42,500 nucleotides of DNA from an uncultured Lachnospiraceae bacterium (lineage in GTDB: Bacteria > Bacillota > Clostridia > Lachnospirales > Lachnospiraceae). The position numbers and the translations under genes were made by a program. How positions within the stretch are numbered: position 1 is the stretch's first letter; every line of letters starts with the position of its first letter. The DNA lies in the NCBI GenBank assembly GCA_947589175.1, contig CANPZR010000001.1, positions 1 to 42,500 of the forward strand. The letters are read 5' to 3'. A model generated the notes under the pieces. It saw nothing but the letters and a program-made list of their open reading frames with translations. It did not search any database and had not been told where the DNA came from. This document shows positions 30,375 to 39,742 of the stretch, piece by piece.

Positions 30375-30898
30375 AACTAATTTATATCGGTAGACTCGAG
30401 AAAGTAAAGGGCGTACAGAATATACTCAAATTACTAGCTGAAATAGAAGATATCTCATACATATTTAGAATAGTTGGCGAAGGAAGTTATAGACAGGAGT
30501 TGGAAAAGCTGACCTCTGAGCTGGGAATTGGAGATAAAGTAGAATTTTTAGGAATGCGTAGAGATGTTCCAGAGCTTCTCTGGCAATCAGATGTATTTGT
30601 TCATTTGCCAGAATGGCAGGAAGGTTTTGGGATAACTGTTATTGAGGCGATGGCTGCTGGTTTGATTTGTATTGTAAATGACCACGGGGCTTTGCCGGAG
30701 ATAATACAAGATAATGTTAATGGATTTGTCATAAGGAAGGATATATATATATTTAAGAAAGTGTTGTGTGAATTAGCAGATTCAAAAAGAAAAAAGGAAT
30801 CTTGCATTGATAATGTTCGTGAAAAAGCTAGAGAAAGAGCAGAAGATTTTAGCATTGAGAGGTATGTAAAAGAACTTGAAATGCTGCTCGAAGCTTAA
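30371..30898 (+). CDS. Second GT4 C-terminal (nucleotide-sugar-binding) domain, apparently reached through a frameshift at G7 (30365-30371)
   Basis: The -1 frame is open from the tract: VELIYIGRLEKVKGVQ...QEGFGITVIEAMAAG; no start codon or RBS at the domain boundary. Confidence 0.8.
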   Translation, partial: VELIYIGRLEKVKGVQNILKLLAEIEDISYIFRIVGEGSYRQELEKLTSELGIGDKVEFLGMRRDVPELLWQSDVFVHLPEWQEGFGITVIEAMAAGLICIVNDHGALPEIIQDNVNGFVIRKDIYIFKKVLCELADSKRKKESCIDNVREKARERAEDFSIERYVKELEMLLEA

Positions 30899-30957
30899 AA
30901 AAAGAAGATATTTGTCAGATTGGCTTAAATATATATTGCGAAAGGGAGATTGAATAT

Positions 30958-32151
30958 ATGGCATATCAGGCTCTGTATATAACGGCAAACGTGTTTCCTT
31001 TGAATTATGGAGGGACAATGGGGACTTTTTCGATGTATAAAAGAATATCTGCAGTCATTAGGACCCAAATGTTTTCTTTGATTGCAGAAGAGCTGTTGAA
31101 TGAGGGTCAGGAATTTGCAGAAAAAAATAATATCCGTTTTTTTCCGAATCAACTAAAAATTAATCTTGATTATTACATAAAAAAAGTTAAAATAAGCCGT
31201 CCGATAAACAAAGAAATGCTGAATGAAATTATCACCGAATTGAGGAAGGGCGACTGTAAATTTATCATTTTTGATTTTGGAACAAGGGAGTATTTCTTTA
31301 TCATTGCTTCAATGTTTCCTAATATAAAGAAAATTTATATTTCTAACAATACGGAGTACTTAAATATATCGGCTATGTTAGCGGAAAATAACAGGATTAA
31401 GAATAAAATAGTTTTTAATCCCTTAATTAATAAAGTGAGAGGCAATATTTATAAAAACGATGAGAGAAAGTGTTGTGTGAAAGCAGATAAAATCCTGAGC
31501 GTAAGTATTCAGGATATACGCAATCTTGCCAATGAATTCGGTCTTGATCAGAATAAATTTGTTTTTTGCAAACCATTAATTCAATTTGACAAGGTAAAAG
31601 AGCAAAAGGATATAATACAGTTTCACAAAAGACTATTAATTGTCGGCTCTATGTCATGGACATTCAACGTGGAAGGCATTTTATGGTTTGTAGCAAATGT
31701 ATTTGAACGGCTAATTCAACTTGATTCTGAGTATGTGCTCTATCTTGTTGGGCGTGATCCATCTCCGGAGATAATGTTGCTTGCAGAAAAATACAAGGGA
31801 CACATTGTGGTAACGGGGACTGTAGAGGACATTGATGAATATTACAGGATGTGTGATATATGTATTATTCCTATATTTACGGGAACAGGTGTGAAAATAA
31901 AATTACTTGAAGCTCTTGGAAAGGGAATACCGATTATATGCCATAGTTTTTCTGCAATGGGATATAGCAATGTAGAAAAAGCAATTATAATTGCTGATTC
32001 TCCAAACGAGTATATTGATGCAATTATCCGATTGCAAAATTCTATAGAGGAGAGAGTTCAGTTGTACTCGAGACTGACAGAGTATTATCAAGGCTATATG
32101 TCAGACGATTCGGTTCTTCATGACGCATTAATGCTGCTTACGAATAATTGA
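30958..32151 (+). CDS. Glycosyltransferase family 4-like
   Basis: VGSMSWTFNVEG, TGTVEDI and GTGVKIKLLEAL motifs. Confidence 0.85.
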   Translation: MAYQALYITANVFPLNYGGTMGTFSMYKRISAVIRTQMFSLIAEELLNEGQEFAEKNNIRFFPNQLKINLDYYIKKVKISRPINKEMLNEIITELRKGDCKFIIFDFGTREYFFIIASMFPNIKKIYISNNTEYLNISAMLAENNRIKNKIVFNPLINKVRGNIYKNDERKCCVKADKILSVSIQDIRNLANEFGLDQNKFVFCKPLIQFDKVKEQKDIIQFHKRLLIVGSMSWTFNVEGILWFVANVFERLIQLDSEYVLYLVGRDPSPEIMLLAEKYKGHIVVTGTVEDIDEYYRMCDICIIPIFTGTGVKIKLLEALGKGIPIICHSFSAMGYSNVEKAIIIADSPNEYIDAIIRLQNSIEERVQLYSRLTEYYQGYMSDDSVLHDALMLLTNN

Positions 32152-32184
32152 ATTTGGAATTGTAAAAAAAGAAAGAGATATCAA

Positions 32185-33195
32185 ATGATTATTACAAAGA
32201 CGCCATTCCGCATGTCTTTTTTTGGTGGCGGAACCGATATGGAAGATTATTTCAGGGAGAACGGCGGCGCTGTTCTCTCGACGACTTTTGATAAATATTG
32301 CTATGTCACAGTGCGGCATCTGCCACGTTTTTTTGATTATAAGACGCACTTAACATATTCAAAGATAGAGTACGTGAATGATACCGATGAAATAAGCCAT
32401 CCGGCTATCCGCAATGCCATGAAGATGCTGGACATGCAGGAGATACGCCTGACTTATGAAGCGGATCTTCCAGCTCGGTCGGGACTGGGAACCAGTAGTT
32501 CCTTTGCGGTCGGTATGCTGAATGCTTTTTACGCATTAAAAGGGAAATATGCAGATAAGAAAAAATTGGCGGACGACGCCATTTACCTGGAGCGGAAACT
32601 TTGCGAGGAGGCGGGCGGCTGGCAGGATCAGATCGCCGCTTCTTTCGGAGGACTAAATCGGATTGAGTTTGGAGAGGATGGCTATGAGGTGCATCCTGTC
32701 ATTATCTCGCCAGAGAGAAAGAAGACGCTGAATGAAAATCTTCTGATGTTCTTTACCGGCTTTACCCGATTTTCATCTGAAATTCAGAAAGAGAATGCAG
32801 CGGACAGACGAGATAAGAAGGCTCAGTTGAAAGAGATGTACGGTCTGGTGGGAGAGGCTGAAAAGGTGCTCACGGATTCACATGGAGACCTGGATGAGTT
32901 TGGGCGCCTGCTGGATCATACATGGAAACTGAAACGGCAGACCGGATCGGCTGTCACAACGGAGGGCATTGATGGCTTGTATGCCAAGGGCATGGAAGCG
33001 GGAGCTTTAGGAGGAAAACTGCTGGGAGCAGGTGGAGGCGGCTTCCTCGTATTTTATGTGCAGCCGGAATATCGGGAAAATGTAATGAGTGCGATGAAGG
33101 ATTTGCTCTATGTGCCCTTTGACTTTGAAAATGAGGGGACAAGAGTAATTCATTATACACCAGAGAGTTATGAATTGCCACAGAATATGTTGTGA
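32185..33195 (+). CDS. hddA: GHMP kinase, D-glycero-alpha-D-manno-heptose-7-phosphate kinase type
   Basis: TPFRMSFFGGGTD, PARSGLGTSSS, GWQDQ and GGKLLGAGGGG motifs; adjacent to gmhA. Confidence 0.85.
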   Translation: MIITKTPFRMSFFGGGTDMEDYFRENGGAVLSTTFDKYCYVTVRHLPRFFDYKTHLTYSKIEYVNDTDEISHPAIRNAMKMLDMQEIRLTYEADLPARSGLGTSSSFAVGMLNAFYALKGKYADKKKLADDAIYLERKLCEEAGGWQDQIAASFGGLNRIEFGEDGYEVHPVIISPERKKTLNENLLMFFTGFTRFSSEIQKENAADRRDKKAQLKEMYGLVGEAEKVLTDSHGDLDEFGRLLDHTWKLKRQTGSAVTTEGIDGLYAKGMEAGALGGKLLGAGGGGFLVFYVQPEYRENVMSAMKDLLYVPFDFENEGTRVIHYTPESYELPQNML

Positions 33196-33251
33196 TGTGC
33201 TATTGATAGTAGAAACAGACGGGCGAGTTAAAAACAGCAGGTGAGAAGATT

Positions 33252-33917
33252 ATGAATTATAACAGTTTGGACAACAAAATGCAGAAACATATAGACATTC
33301 TGATATCCCGGTATCCGGTTCTGGAATCCGTCCGGGAGGAAATCGTACAAGGATACCTTGTCATGAAGGATTGCTATGAGCATGATGGCAAGCTGCTCAT
33401 TGCCGGGAATGGAGGTTCTGCGGCTGACAGCGAGCACATAGCCGGGGAACTGATGAAGCGGTTTAAAAGTCCTCGCCCTGTCACGCCGGAGTTTGCCGAG
33501 AGACTGAAATTCATCGATCCGGTACGGGGCGAAAATCTGGCAAAGAATTTGGAGCGGGGGCTGATGGCGATTCCGCTGGTGGCCCATGAAGCACTGACCA
33601 CAGCTTATATCAATGATGTGGACGGTTTGGGCGTGTTTGCACAGCAGCTATTCGGATTTGGACGGCCGGGAGATGTGTTTCTCGGGATATCGACATCCGG
33701 AAACAGCAAAAACGTCATGTCGGCCACGGTGGTTGCTCGGGCGATTGGAATGAAGATTATCGGACTGACAGGGCGGGATGGAGGCGAGCTAGCCGAGGTA
33801 GCAGATGTGGCGGTGAAAGTACCTGAGACAGAGACCTATATGATACAAGAACTGCATCTGCCGGTGTATCACTGCTGGTGTCTGATGCTGGAGGAGAGTT
33901 TTTTTGAAATAAACTAA
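33252..33917 (+). CDS. gmhA: Sedoheptulose-7-phosphate isomerase (SIS)
   Basis: GNGGSAADSEH, GISTSGNS and IQELH motifs. Confidence 0.88.
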   Translation: MNYNSLDNKMQKHIDILISRYPVLESVREEIVQGYLVMKDCYEHDGKLLIAGNGGSAADSEHIAGELMKRFKSPRPVTPEFAERLKFIDPVRGENLAKNLERGLMAIPLVAHEALTTAYINDVDGLGVFAQQLFGFGRPGDVFLGISTSGNSKNVMSATVVARAIGMKIIGLTGRDGGELAEVADVAVKVPETETYMIQELHLPVYHCWCLMLEESFFEIN

Positions 33918-33988
33918 GGCCGTTTATGTGTTTGGATTGAAGGACTTGTCTATAAAATTAGGATTGTCAGAATAAGAGTGGATGTTAA

Positions 33989-35275
33989 ATGAAGAAAGTT
34001 AATATTTCAAAAGTAATATTATATGGGATTTATCTTGTATTGGCAGCAAATTTGGAAATTTTCAAGGTGTTTGGTGAGGGGTTCTTTTTGGGAAATATTA
34101 ATCGTTACGTAATACTTTCAGTGTTATTTTCCATTTTTGTGATTGCAATAGTATTAGCATATAAGAAAAAAATTCCGCTATTTATATGGTTACTGATTTT
34201 CCCAATTGTGGTCAGAATGTCAATTGCGGTTTACTATGTTAATGTACGTGGATTTGAAAGATATAACGCCTTGCAATATTGTATGTGTTATTACTGCATA
34301 ATGCTGGCTGTTCCGATTTACTACTTGTTGAGGTATCAGGTGATAACTTTAAGAAAACTGATGGATGTCAGCATCAAGTTACTTTTTGTTTCATTTTTCT
34401 TAAAGTCATTTGTAAGCATATTCAATTTTATGACAGGAAAGATTATTTTTCCGGCTTTTATATGGAACGACACGTGGTATAGATATGGATTTTTGAGACT
34501 ACAGCCTCCGGCTTTGGCGAATATATCAATAGTGATGGGTATGTTTATGTATTACACCGAAGAGAAGAAATCCAAAAGATTACAGTATTTGCTCTGTGTA
34601 CTGGTTACGCTGTTATATAGTGCAATTATTCATGCTTCTCGTTTTACATTGCTTTGGCAATTGGCAGTTCTTATATATATGGTAATGATTAAGAGGAATA
34701 GTCCTTTTAAAAGAATTTGTCTGGTCACGTTGATCATTGTAGTCATCTGTTATTTTGTATCAACGGGTACGATAGGGGAGTTTTTGGATACTTTTAATAC
34801 AACGAACAAAACTTATGGGGGAAGCACATTCGTTAGATTTACGGCTATTGGTTATTATATGCAAAGATTTTTTGAGGATCCGTTTATGGGAACGGGAATA
34901 TTAGGTTATGCTTATTCGCTTGAACATAATATAATGTCAGGCGGAATGTTGGTGGGTGATCTAACGGATATAGGATACCTATATTCTGTTGTGCAATTTG
35001 GAATAATAATGATAATAATGGGAGTTTTGATGATTTTTAGAATCTTGCAGGTTGGTTTTAAAGCAAGAAAAATGAAGCAGGATTCCTATTGTATATTACT
35101 ATGGGGAATAGCTGCATGCCTTGTGCTGGGGAATATTTCAATTGATATGTATATGCTGTATGCAATATCGGTGCCGTTGGTTATAGCGGTCACAGAATAT
35201 GTTAACTATGAATTATTGACAATGAAACGGGAAACCGTCCTGAATTATACTGAACCAAGGGAGGAAAAGGCATGA
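33989..35275 (+). CDS. Probable Wzy polysaccharide polymerase
   Basis: About 11 hydrophobic segments, HASR and PFMGTG...DIGY loop motifs, low GC, and position in the cluster. Confidence 0.65.
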   Translation: MKKVNISKVILYGIYLVLAANLEIFKVFGEGFFLGNINRYVILSVLFSIFVIAIVLAYKKKIPLFIWLLIFPIVVRMSIAVYYVNVRGFERYNALQYCMCYYCIMLAVPIYYLLRYQVITLRKLMDVSIKLLFVSFFLKSFVSIFNFMTGKIIFPAFIWNDTWYRYGFLRLQPPALANISIVMGMFMYYTEEKKSKRLQYLLCVLVTLLYSAIIHASRFTLLWQLAVLIYMVMIKRNSPFKRICLVTLIIVVICYFVSTGTIGEFLDTFNTTNKTYGGSTFVRFTAIGYYMQRFFEDPFMGTGILGYAYSLEHNIMSGGMLVGDLTDIGYLYSVVQFGIIMIIMGVLMIFRILQVGFKARKMKQDSYCILLWGIAACLVLGNISIDMYMLYAISVPLVIAVTEYVNYELLTMKRETVLNYTEPREEKA

Positions 35276-36372
35276 AGAAAGCTGCTATTGACGGAAGAAA
35301 TCATTTTGCGAGAACTCTTTTTGGTGCAAATCTTTATGTATGGAAAAAATTAATCGGTATATGTGGTGGTGATTCAACTAATTTTTTAATGCGTGAAAGT
35401 TGTAGAAGATTGGAAAACAATGATTATAGTATTTCATATCGTTTAAAGCCCAAACGATGCGAACAGATGAGTATATTTCGACAAGGAAAGAATTATAAAA
35501 ATCTTGCGATTGTACTGCAAGGTCCTATACGTTGCGAGGAGCATTATACGGTTGAAACAGTAAGATATTATCGGACATTGTATCCAGATGCGATTATTAT
35601 TGTGTCAACATGGGATACAGAGAATGAACAAGAATTAGATAGAATAAAAGCTGAAGATGCTGTGATTCAGTTGTCACATATGCCTTCGGAAGCAGGTCAT
35701 TTAAATATCAATTATCAAATAGTAAACACAAGAGCTGGTGTCGAAAAAGCGGCTGAACTTGGAGCTTTGTATATTTGTAAATGCCGCACGGATCAGCGGA
35801 TTTACAGGCCATATATATTTGATTCTTTAATCAACTTAATGAATGCTTATCCTTCTCAAAAAAGTAATTTTCAGAATAAAAGGTTGGTTACGCTTTCAAT
35901 GAATTATGGCAATATGTTTTATCCGTATTTTATTAGTGATTTCTTTTATTTTGGTACTGCTGAGGAAATGATGCGTCTATTCTGTATTGATATTGATGAT
36001 AGAGATCAGTTCAGTATGCCATCTCATTCTACGCGGAAAGATTTTGCGAAAGCTGAATATGCTCCAGAGGTTTTTCTAATAAAAAAATATTTGAAAAGTT
36101 TGGGCTGTTCGTGCGAGGATACTGTGGAGGCATATTGGAATGCAGTGCGCAAGTATCTTATATGTGTTGATATAAAAATGATAGATTTAGATTGGCCCAA
36201 GTATGAATTTCATTTTGCCGATCATGTTATGAGTGGTACCTTTTTTGGTGATGATAATGAACTGAAATTGAAGACAGCAAATCTTGATTTTGTTAATTGG
36301 ATTAATTTGTATAGTGGAGCGCTGAAGTATGCACCGGAATATGAACAGTATGCGGATGTACTATTTAATTAA
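35272..36372 (+). CDS. WavE-family protein
   Basis: AIVLQGPI, IIVSTW, NINYQI, KCRTDQ, SDFFYFG and PEVF motifs. Confidence 0.75.
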   Translation: MKKAAIDGRNHFARTLFGANLYVWKKLIGICGGDSTNFLMRESCRRLENNDYSISYRLKPKRCEQMSIFRQGKNYKNLAIVLQGPIRCEEHYTVETVRYYRTLYPDAIIIVSTWDTENEQELDRIKAEDAVIQLSHMPSEAGHLNINYQIVNTRAGVEKAAELGALYICKCRTDQRIYRPYIFDSLINLMNAYPSQKSNFQNKRLVTLSMNYGNMFYPYFISDFFYFGTAEEMMRLFCIDIDDRDQFSMPSHSTRKDFAKAEYAPEVFLIKKYLKSLGCSCEDTVEAYWNAVRKYLICVDIKMIDLDWPKYEFHFADHVMSGTFFGDDNELKLKTANLDFVNWINLYSGALKYAPEYEQYADVLFN

Positions 36373-36383
36373 GGAGAAATAAC

Positions 36384-38039
36384 ATGATGAAATATAAAGT
36401 AATAATTCCGTCCGCAAAAATTGTACCCGAGGAATTACAAAGAATAGGGAAACTGCCGCCAGTTATATATCCCATAAATCAAAGAATTGTATTTGATTAT
36501 TTATATGAGAATTATTCTGGACAGTGCGATTCAATGGATATTATCTGTTATGAAAAAGCAGATAAGGTTAGACAACGGTTGGCTAAATACTTGGACAAGA
36601 ATGTAAATGTTATAATGCTGCCAGAATTGAAAGATTTAGGTTATACTATTTATTATGCTTTGGAAAATGTTAAAGAGCCTGTTATTATAAATTTTGCTGA
36701 TACAATAATTATGGATCATTTAACAGAATCTGATTCATTTTACTATAAAGAGGATTATGTTTCTGAAACATGGACTTACTTTGACGAAAATAATGGCGTC
36801 ATAACAGATGTCTATGATAAAAAAACAACTTCGGATTCTCAGAAAAAGAAATTGTTTGTCGGAGTGTTCAATATTTCGGACACCATGTGCTTTAGAAAAT
36901 GTCTTGAAGTCGCATTACGGGCGAATGAATGTTATATGAATACTTTTTATTATGCCCTAAAATTGTATAGCAAACAATACCCGTTGAAAGCAGTTATGAC
37001 TGAACAGTGGATGGATATTGGTCATGCGGAGACATATAGCAATACAAATTTGGAGGTCAAGGAGAGAGAGTTTAACCATATTTCAATCGACCGAAATAGA
37101 GGAATATTAACAAAGACGAGTGAAAATAAAGACAAGTTTATCGGGGAGATAAAATGGTACTTGAAAATACCTAGTGAAATTGAATATGTAAGACCCAGAA
37201 TATTCAACTATTCAGTTGAATATGAATCTCCATGCGTTTCAATGGAATACTACGCATACCACACAATTCATGAGCTTTTTTTGAATAGTGATCTGAACCG
37301 TCAACAATGGAGTGACATTTTTACACGAATACGATTTGTATTTAATGATTTTAAACGATTTAAAGTGCAAGGCGCCAACATTTTGACATCGCTAGATGAA
37401 ATGTATTTAAAGAAAACATTTCAACGATTTACTGAGATACACAAAGATAAAAGATTTGGCCGTTTTTTTGAAGAGTCATTTCAAATTAATGAAAAAAAAT
37501 ATTATTCGTTAAGCAGGATTGAAAAAATATTGAAGGAAATTGTACCACAAATGCTTTATGATATTAAATCATTTAGTATTATTCATGGTGATTTATGCTT
37601 TGCCAACATTATGATAGACAATAATTTTTCATTTATAAAGCTTATTGATCCTCGTGGTCGATTTGGAGCGTATGATATATACGGAGATGCAAGGTATGAA
37701 TTGGCGAAGTTATTTCACAGTATTGATGGAAAGTATGATTATATTATCAAAGATATGTTTGATATTCAATATGATTTAGAAAAACGGACCATTCATTTTA
37801 CAATTCTGGAAAGAGAGAGAGAATTTGATATATATCAACTATTTTTAGATGTTTTTAAATCAGAGATCGGAGAAGATTTAAAAAAAATAGAATTGATAGA
37901 AGCACTATTATTTTTGACAATGATTCCCTTGCATGGTGAAAAATTGGAACATCAATTAGCTATGCTTGGCGTGGGGATTGAAATTTTAAACCGTGTTGTA
38001 GATATTCAGGAGAATGGAGTAGGAGAAAATGTTAGGTGA
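36384..38039 (+). CDS. Capsule biosynthesis protein: nucleotidyltransferase-like N-terminal domain fused to an APH/choline-kinase-like domain
   Basis: WMDIGH, REFNHI, HGDLCFANI, IDPRG and YELAKL motifs. Confidence 0.7.
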   Translation: MMKYKVIIPSAKIVPEELQRIGKLPPVIYPINQRIVFDYLYENYSGQCDSMDIICYEKADKVRQRLAKYLDKNVNVIMLPELKDLGYTIYYALENVKEPVIINFADTIIMDHLTESDSFYYKEDYVSETWTYFDENNGVITDVYDKKTTSDSQKKKLFVGVFNISDTMCFRKCLEVALRANECYMNTFYYALKLYSKQYPLKAVMTEQWMDIGHAETYSNTNLEVKEREFNHISIDRNRGILTKTSENKDKFIGEIKWYLKIPSEIEYVRPRIFNYSVEYESPCVSMEYYAYHTIHELFLNSDLNRQQWSDIFTRIRFVFNDFKRFKVQGANILTSLDEMYLKKTFQRFTEIHKDKRFGRFFEESFQINEKKYYSLSRIEKILKEIVPQMLYDIKSFSIIHGDLCFANIMIDNNFSFIKLIDPRGRFGAYDIYGDARYELAKLFHSIDGKYDYIIKDMFDIQYDLEKRTIHFTILEREREFDIYQLFLDVFKSEIGEDLKKIELIEALLFLTMIPLHGEKLEHQLAMLGVGIEILNRVVDIQENGVGENVR

Positions 38040-38436
38040 ATATTGCTTTGTATTTGACATTGATGGAACATTGTGTCCGATTAAGAATAAAGAAGAAAGA
38101 TATGAGGACCTGATTCCATATGATAACATGGTTAAAAAAATGAGATATTATAAAGAAAAGGGAGCTAAAATAGTATTGTTTACATCCAGAAATATGAATT
38201 CCTATCAAGGGAACATAGGTGTTATCAATAAAAAAACGGCGCGGATTCTGCTTGACTGGCTTGATAAGTGGGATATACCGTATGATGAAATCATTTATGG
38301 AAAACCATGGCCGGGGCATAAAGGATTCTATGTGGATGACAGGACTGTCAGGCCTGATGAGTTTTTGAATTACAGTGTTAAAGAACTTGACCAGATATGT
38401 AATAAATCAAAAGAAAATCAGAAAAGAGGGATTTAA
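38029..38436 (+). CDS. Small HAD-family capsule biosynthesis phosphatase (BcbF/EcbF-like)
   Basis: FDIDGTLC, FTSR, YDEIIYGKPW and YVDD motifs. Confidence 0.82.
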   Translation: MLGEYCFVFDIDGTLCPIKNKEERYEDLIPYDNMVKKMRYYKEKGAKIVLFTSRNMNSYQGNIGVINKKTARILLDWLDKWDIPYDEIIYGKPWPGHKGFYVDDRTVRPDEFLNYSVKELDQICNKSKENQKRGI

Positions 38437-38437
38437 A

Positions 38438-39175
38438 ATGACAATAATAGTTACAATGGCCGGTCTTGGCACAAGATTCAGAGAAGTCGGGTATCATTGT
38501 CCGAAATATATGATAGAAGCAAAGGGAAAAACGCTTTTTGAGTGGTCAATGGACAGTCTCATAGGATATAACAAAAATGTTTCCAAATATGTATTTGTGG
38601 TTCGAAGAGAAGACGACAGTAATAAGTTTATTCATGAGCATATGTCCAAGTATGGTATTTCAAATATTGAAATCATTGAGATAGATTATATGACCGATGG
38701 ACAGGCAACTACCTGCATGCTGGCTATTCCTTATTGCAATCCTGATGAAGAAATGCTGGTTTATAATATAGATACTTATGTAGAACCATATGAAATGAAG
38801 TATGAGGACATTTCGGGAGACGGACACATGCCTTGTTTTCATGCTGAGGGAAATCACTGGAGCTTTGCAAAACTGGACAAAATTGGAAACGTGATTGAAG
38901 TTAGAGAAAAAGAACGAATTTCAGATAATTGTACGCTTGGAGCGTATTATTTCAAATCGGCGGATATGTATAAAAAAATATATGAGGAATACTACGCTGA
39001 CAGTAGTAAAATGGAAATGAATGAAAAATATATAGCACCGTTGTATAATTACATGATCGGAAAAGGCATGAAGGTTACTATCAGTATTGTTGATGCACAG
39101 AAAGTTCATGTTTTGGGGACACCGGAAGAATTAGAATATTTTTTGAAGGATGAGATACGAAATGAAATCGATTAA
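38438..39175 (+). CDS. GT-A fold sugar-phosphate nucleotidyltransferase-like protein
   Basis: MAGLGTRF...PK, TDGQATT, EKERIS, GAYYF and LGTPEEL motifs. Confidence 0.78.
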   Translation: MTIIVTMAGLGTRFREVGYHCPKYMIEAKGKTLFEWSMDSLIGYNKNVSKYVFVVRREDDSNKFIHEHMSKYGISNIEIIEIDYMTDGQATTCMLAIPYCNPDEEMLVYNIDTYVEPYEMKYEDISGDGHMPCFHAEGNHWSFAKLDKIGNVIEVREKERISDNCTLGAYYFKSADMYKKIYEEYYADSSKMEMNEKYIAPLYNYMIGKGMKVTISIVDAQKVHVLGTPEELEYFLKDEIRNEID

Positions 39176-39710
39176 AAATGCTCTAAAATGGAAAGTGAAA
39201 AGTGTATTGAGGGATATCAAACTGATTATTTCGGATTTCTGGCAAAATACTTTGGCAGGTAGTTATTTGTTTCCGTGGTCTTTACGACCGGCATTTTATC
39301 GAATGGCTGGGAATAAAATTGGGAAAAAGGTGAGATTATCTCCCCATATTTTCCTTGGACCTGGAAAAGGGAAATTACATGTGGGGGGGTACTCCTTTGT
39401 TAATTATAATTGTTTTTTTGATTTGGGCGATGATATTTACATTGGGGAAAACTGCAATATTGCCATGAATGTTAAATTTATTAACGGAACCCATGAAATA
39501 GGCAATCAAAATAGGCGTGCAGGTGCCGGAATCACAGGAAAGATTTGGGTTGGTTCGGGGACATGGATTGGCGCAGATACGTTAATATTGCCGGGTGTGA
39601 AAATAGGAACGGGCGTCATTGTTGGCGCTGGCTCGCTTGTAACATCCGACCTGGCTGATAACGGCATTTACATTGGGCGTCCTGCACGATTGTATAAATT
39701 GCTGGAATGA
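39162..39710 (+). CDS. Hexapeptide O-acetyltransferase (in-frame G7 tract at 39383-39389)
   Basis: LbH repeats IGENCNIA, WIGADTLILPGVKIG, GAGSLV. Confidence 0.85.
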   Translation: MKSIKNALKWKVKSVLRDIKLIISDFWQNTLAGSYLFPWSLRPAFYRMAGNKIGKKVRLSPHIFLGPGKGKLHVGGYSFVNYNCFFDLGDDIYIGENCNIAMNVKFINGTHEIGNQNRRAGAGITGKIWVGSGTWIGADTLILPGVKIGTGVIVGAGSLVTSDLADNGIYIGRPARLYKLLE

Positions 39711-39742
39711 AGTGTTTTTTGATTTTCTGCATGAAAAGGCGT

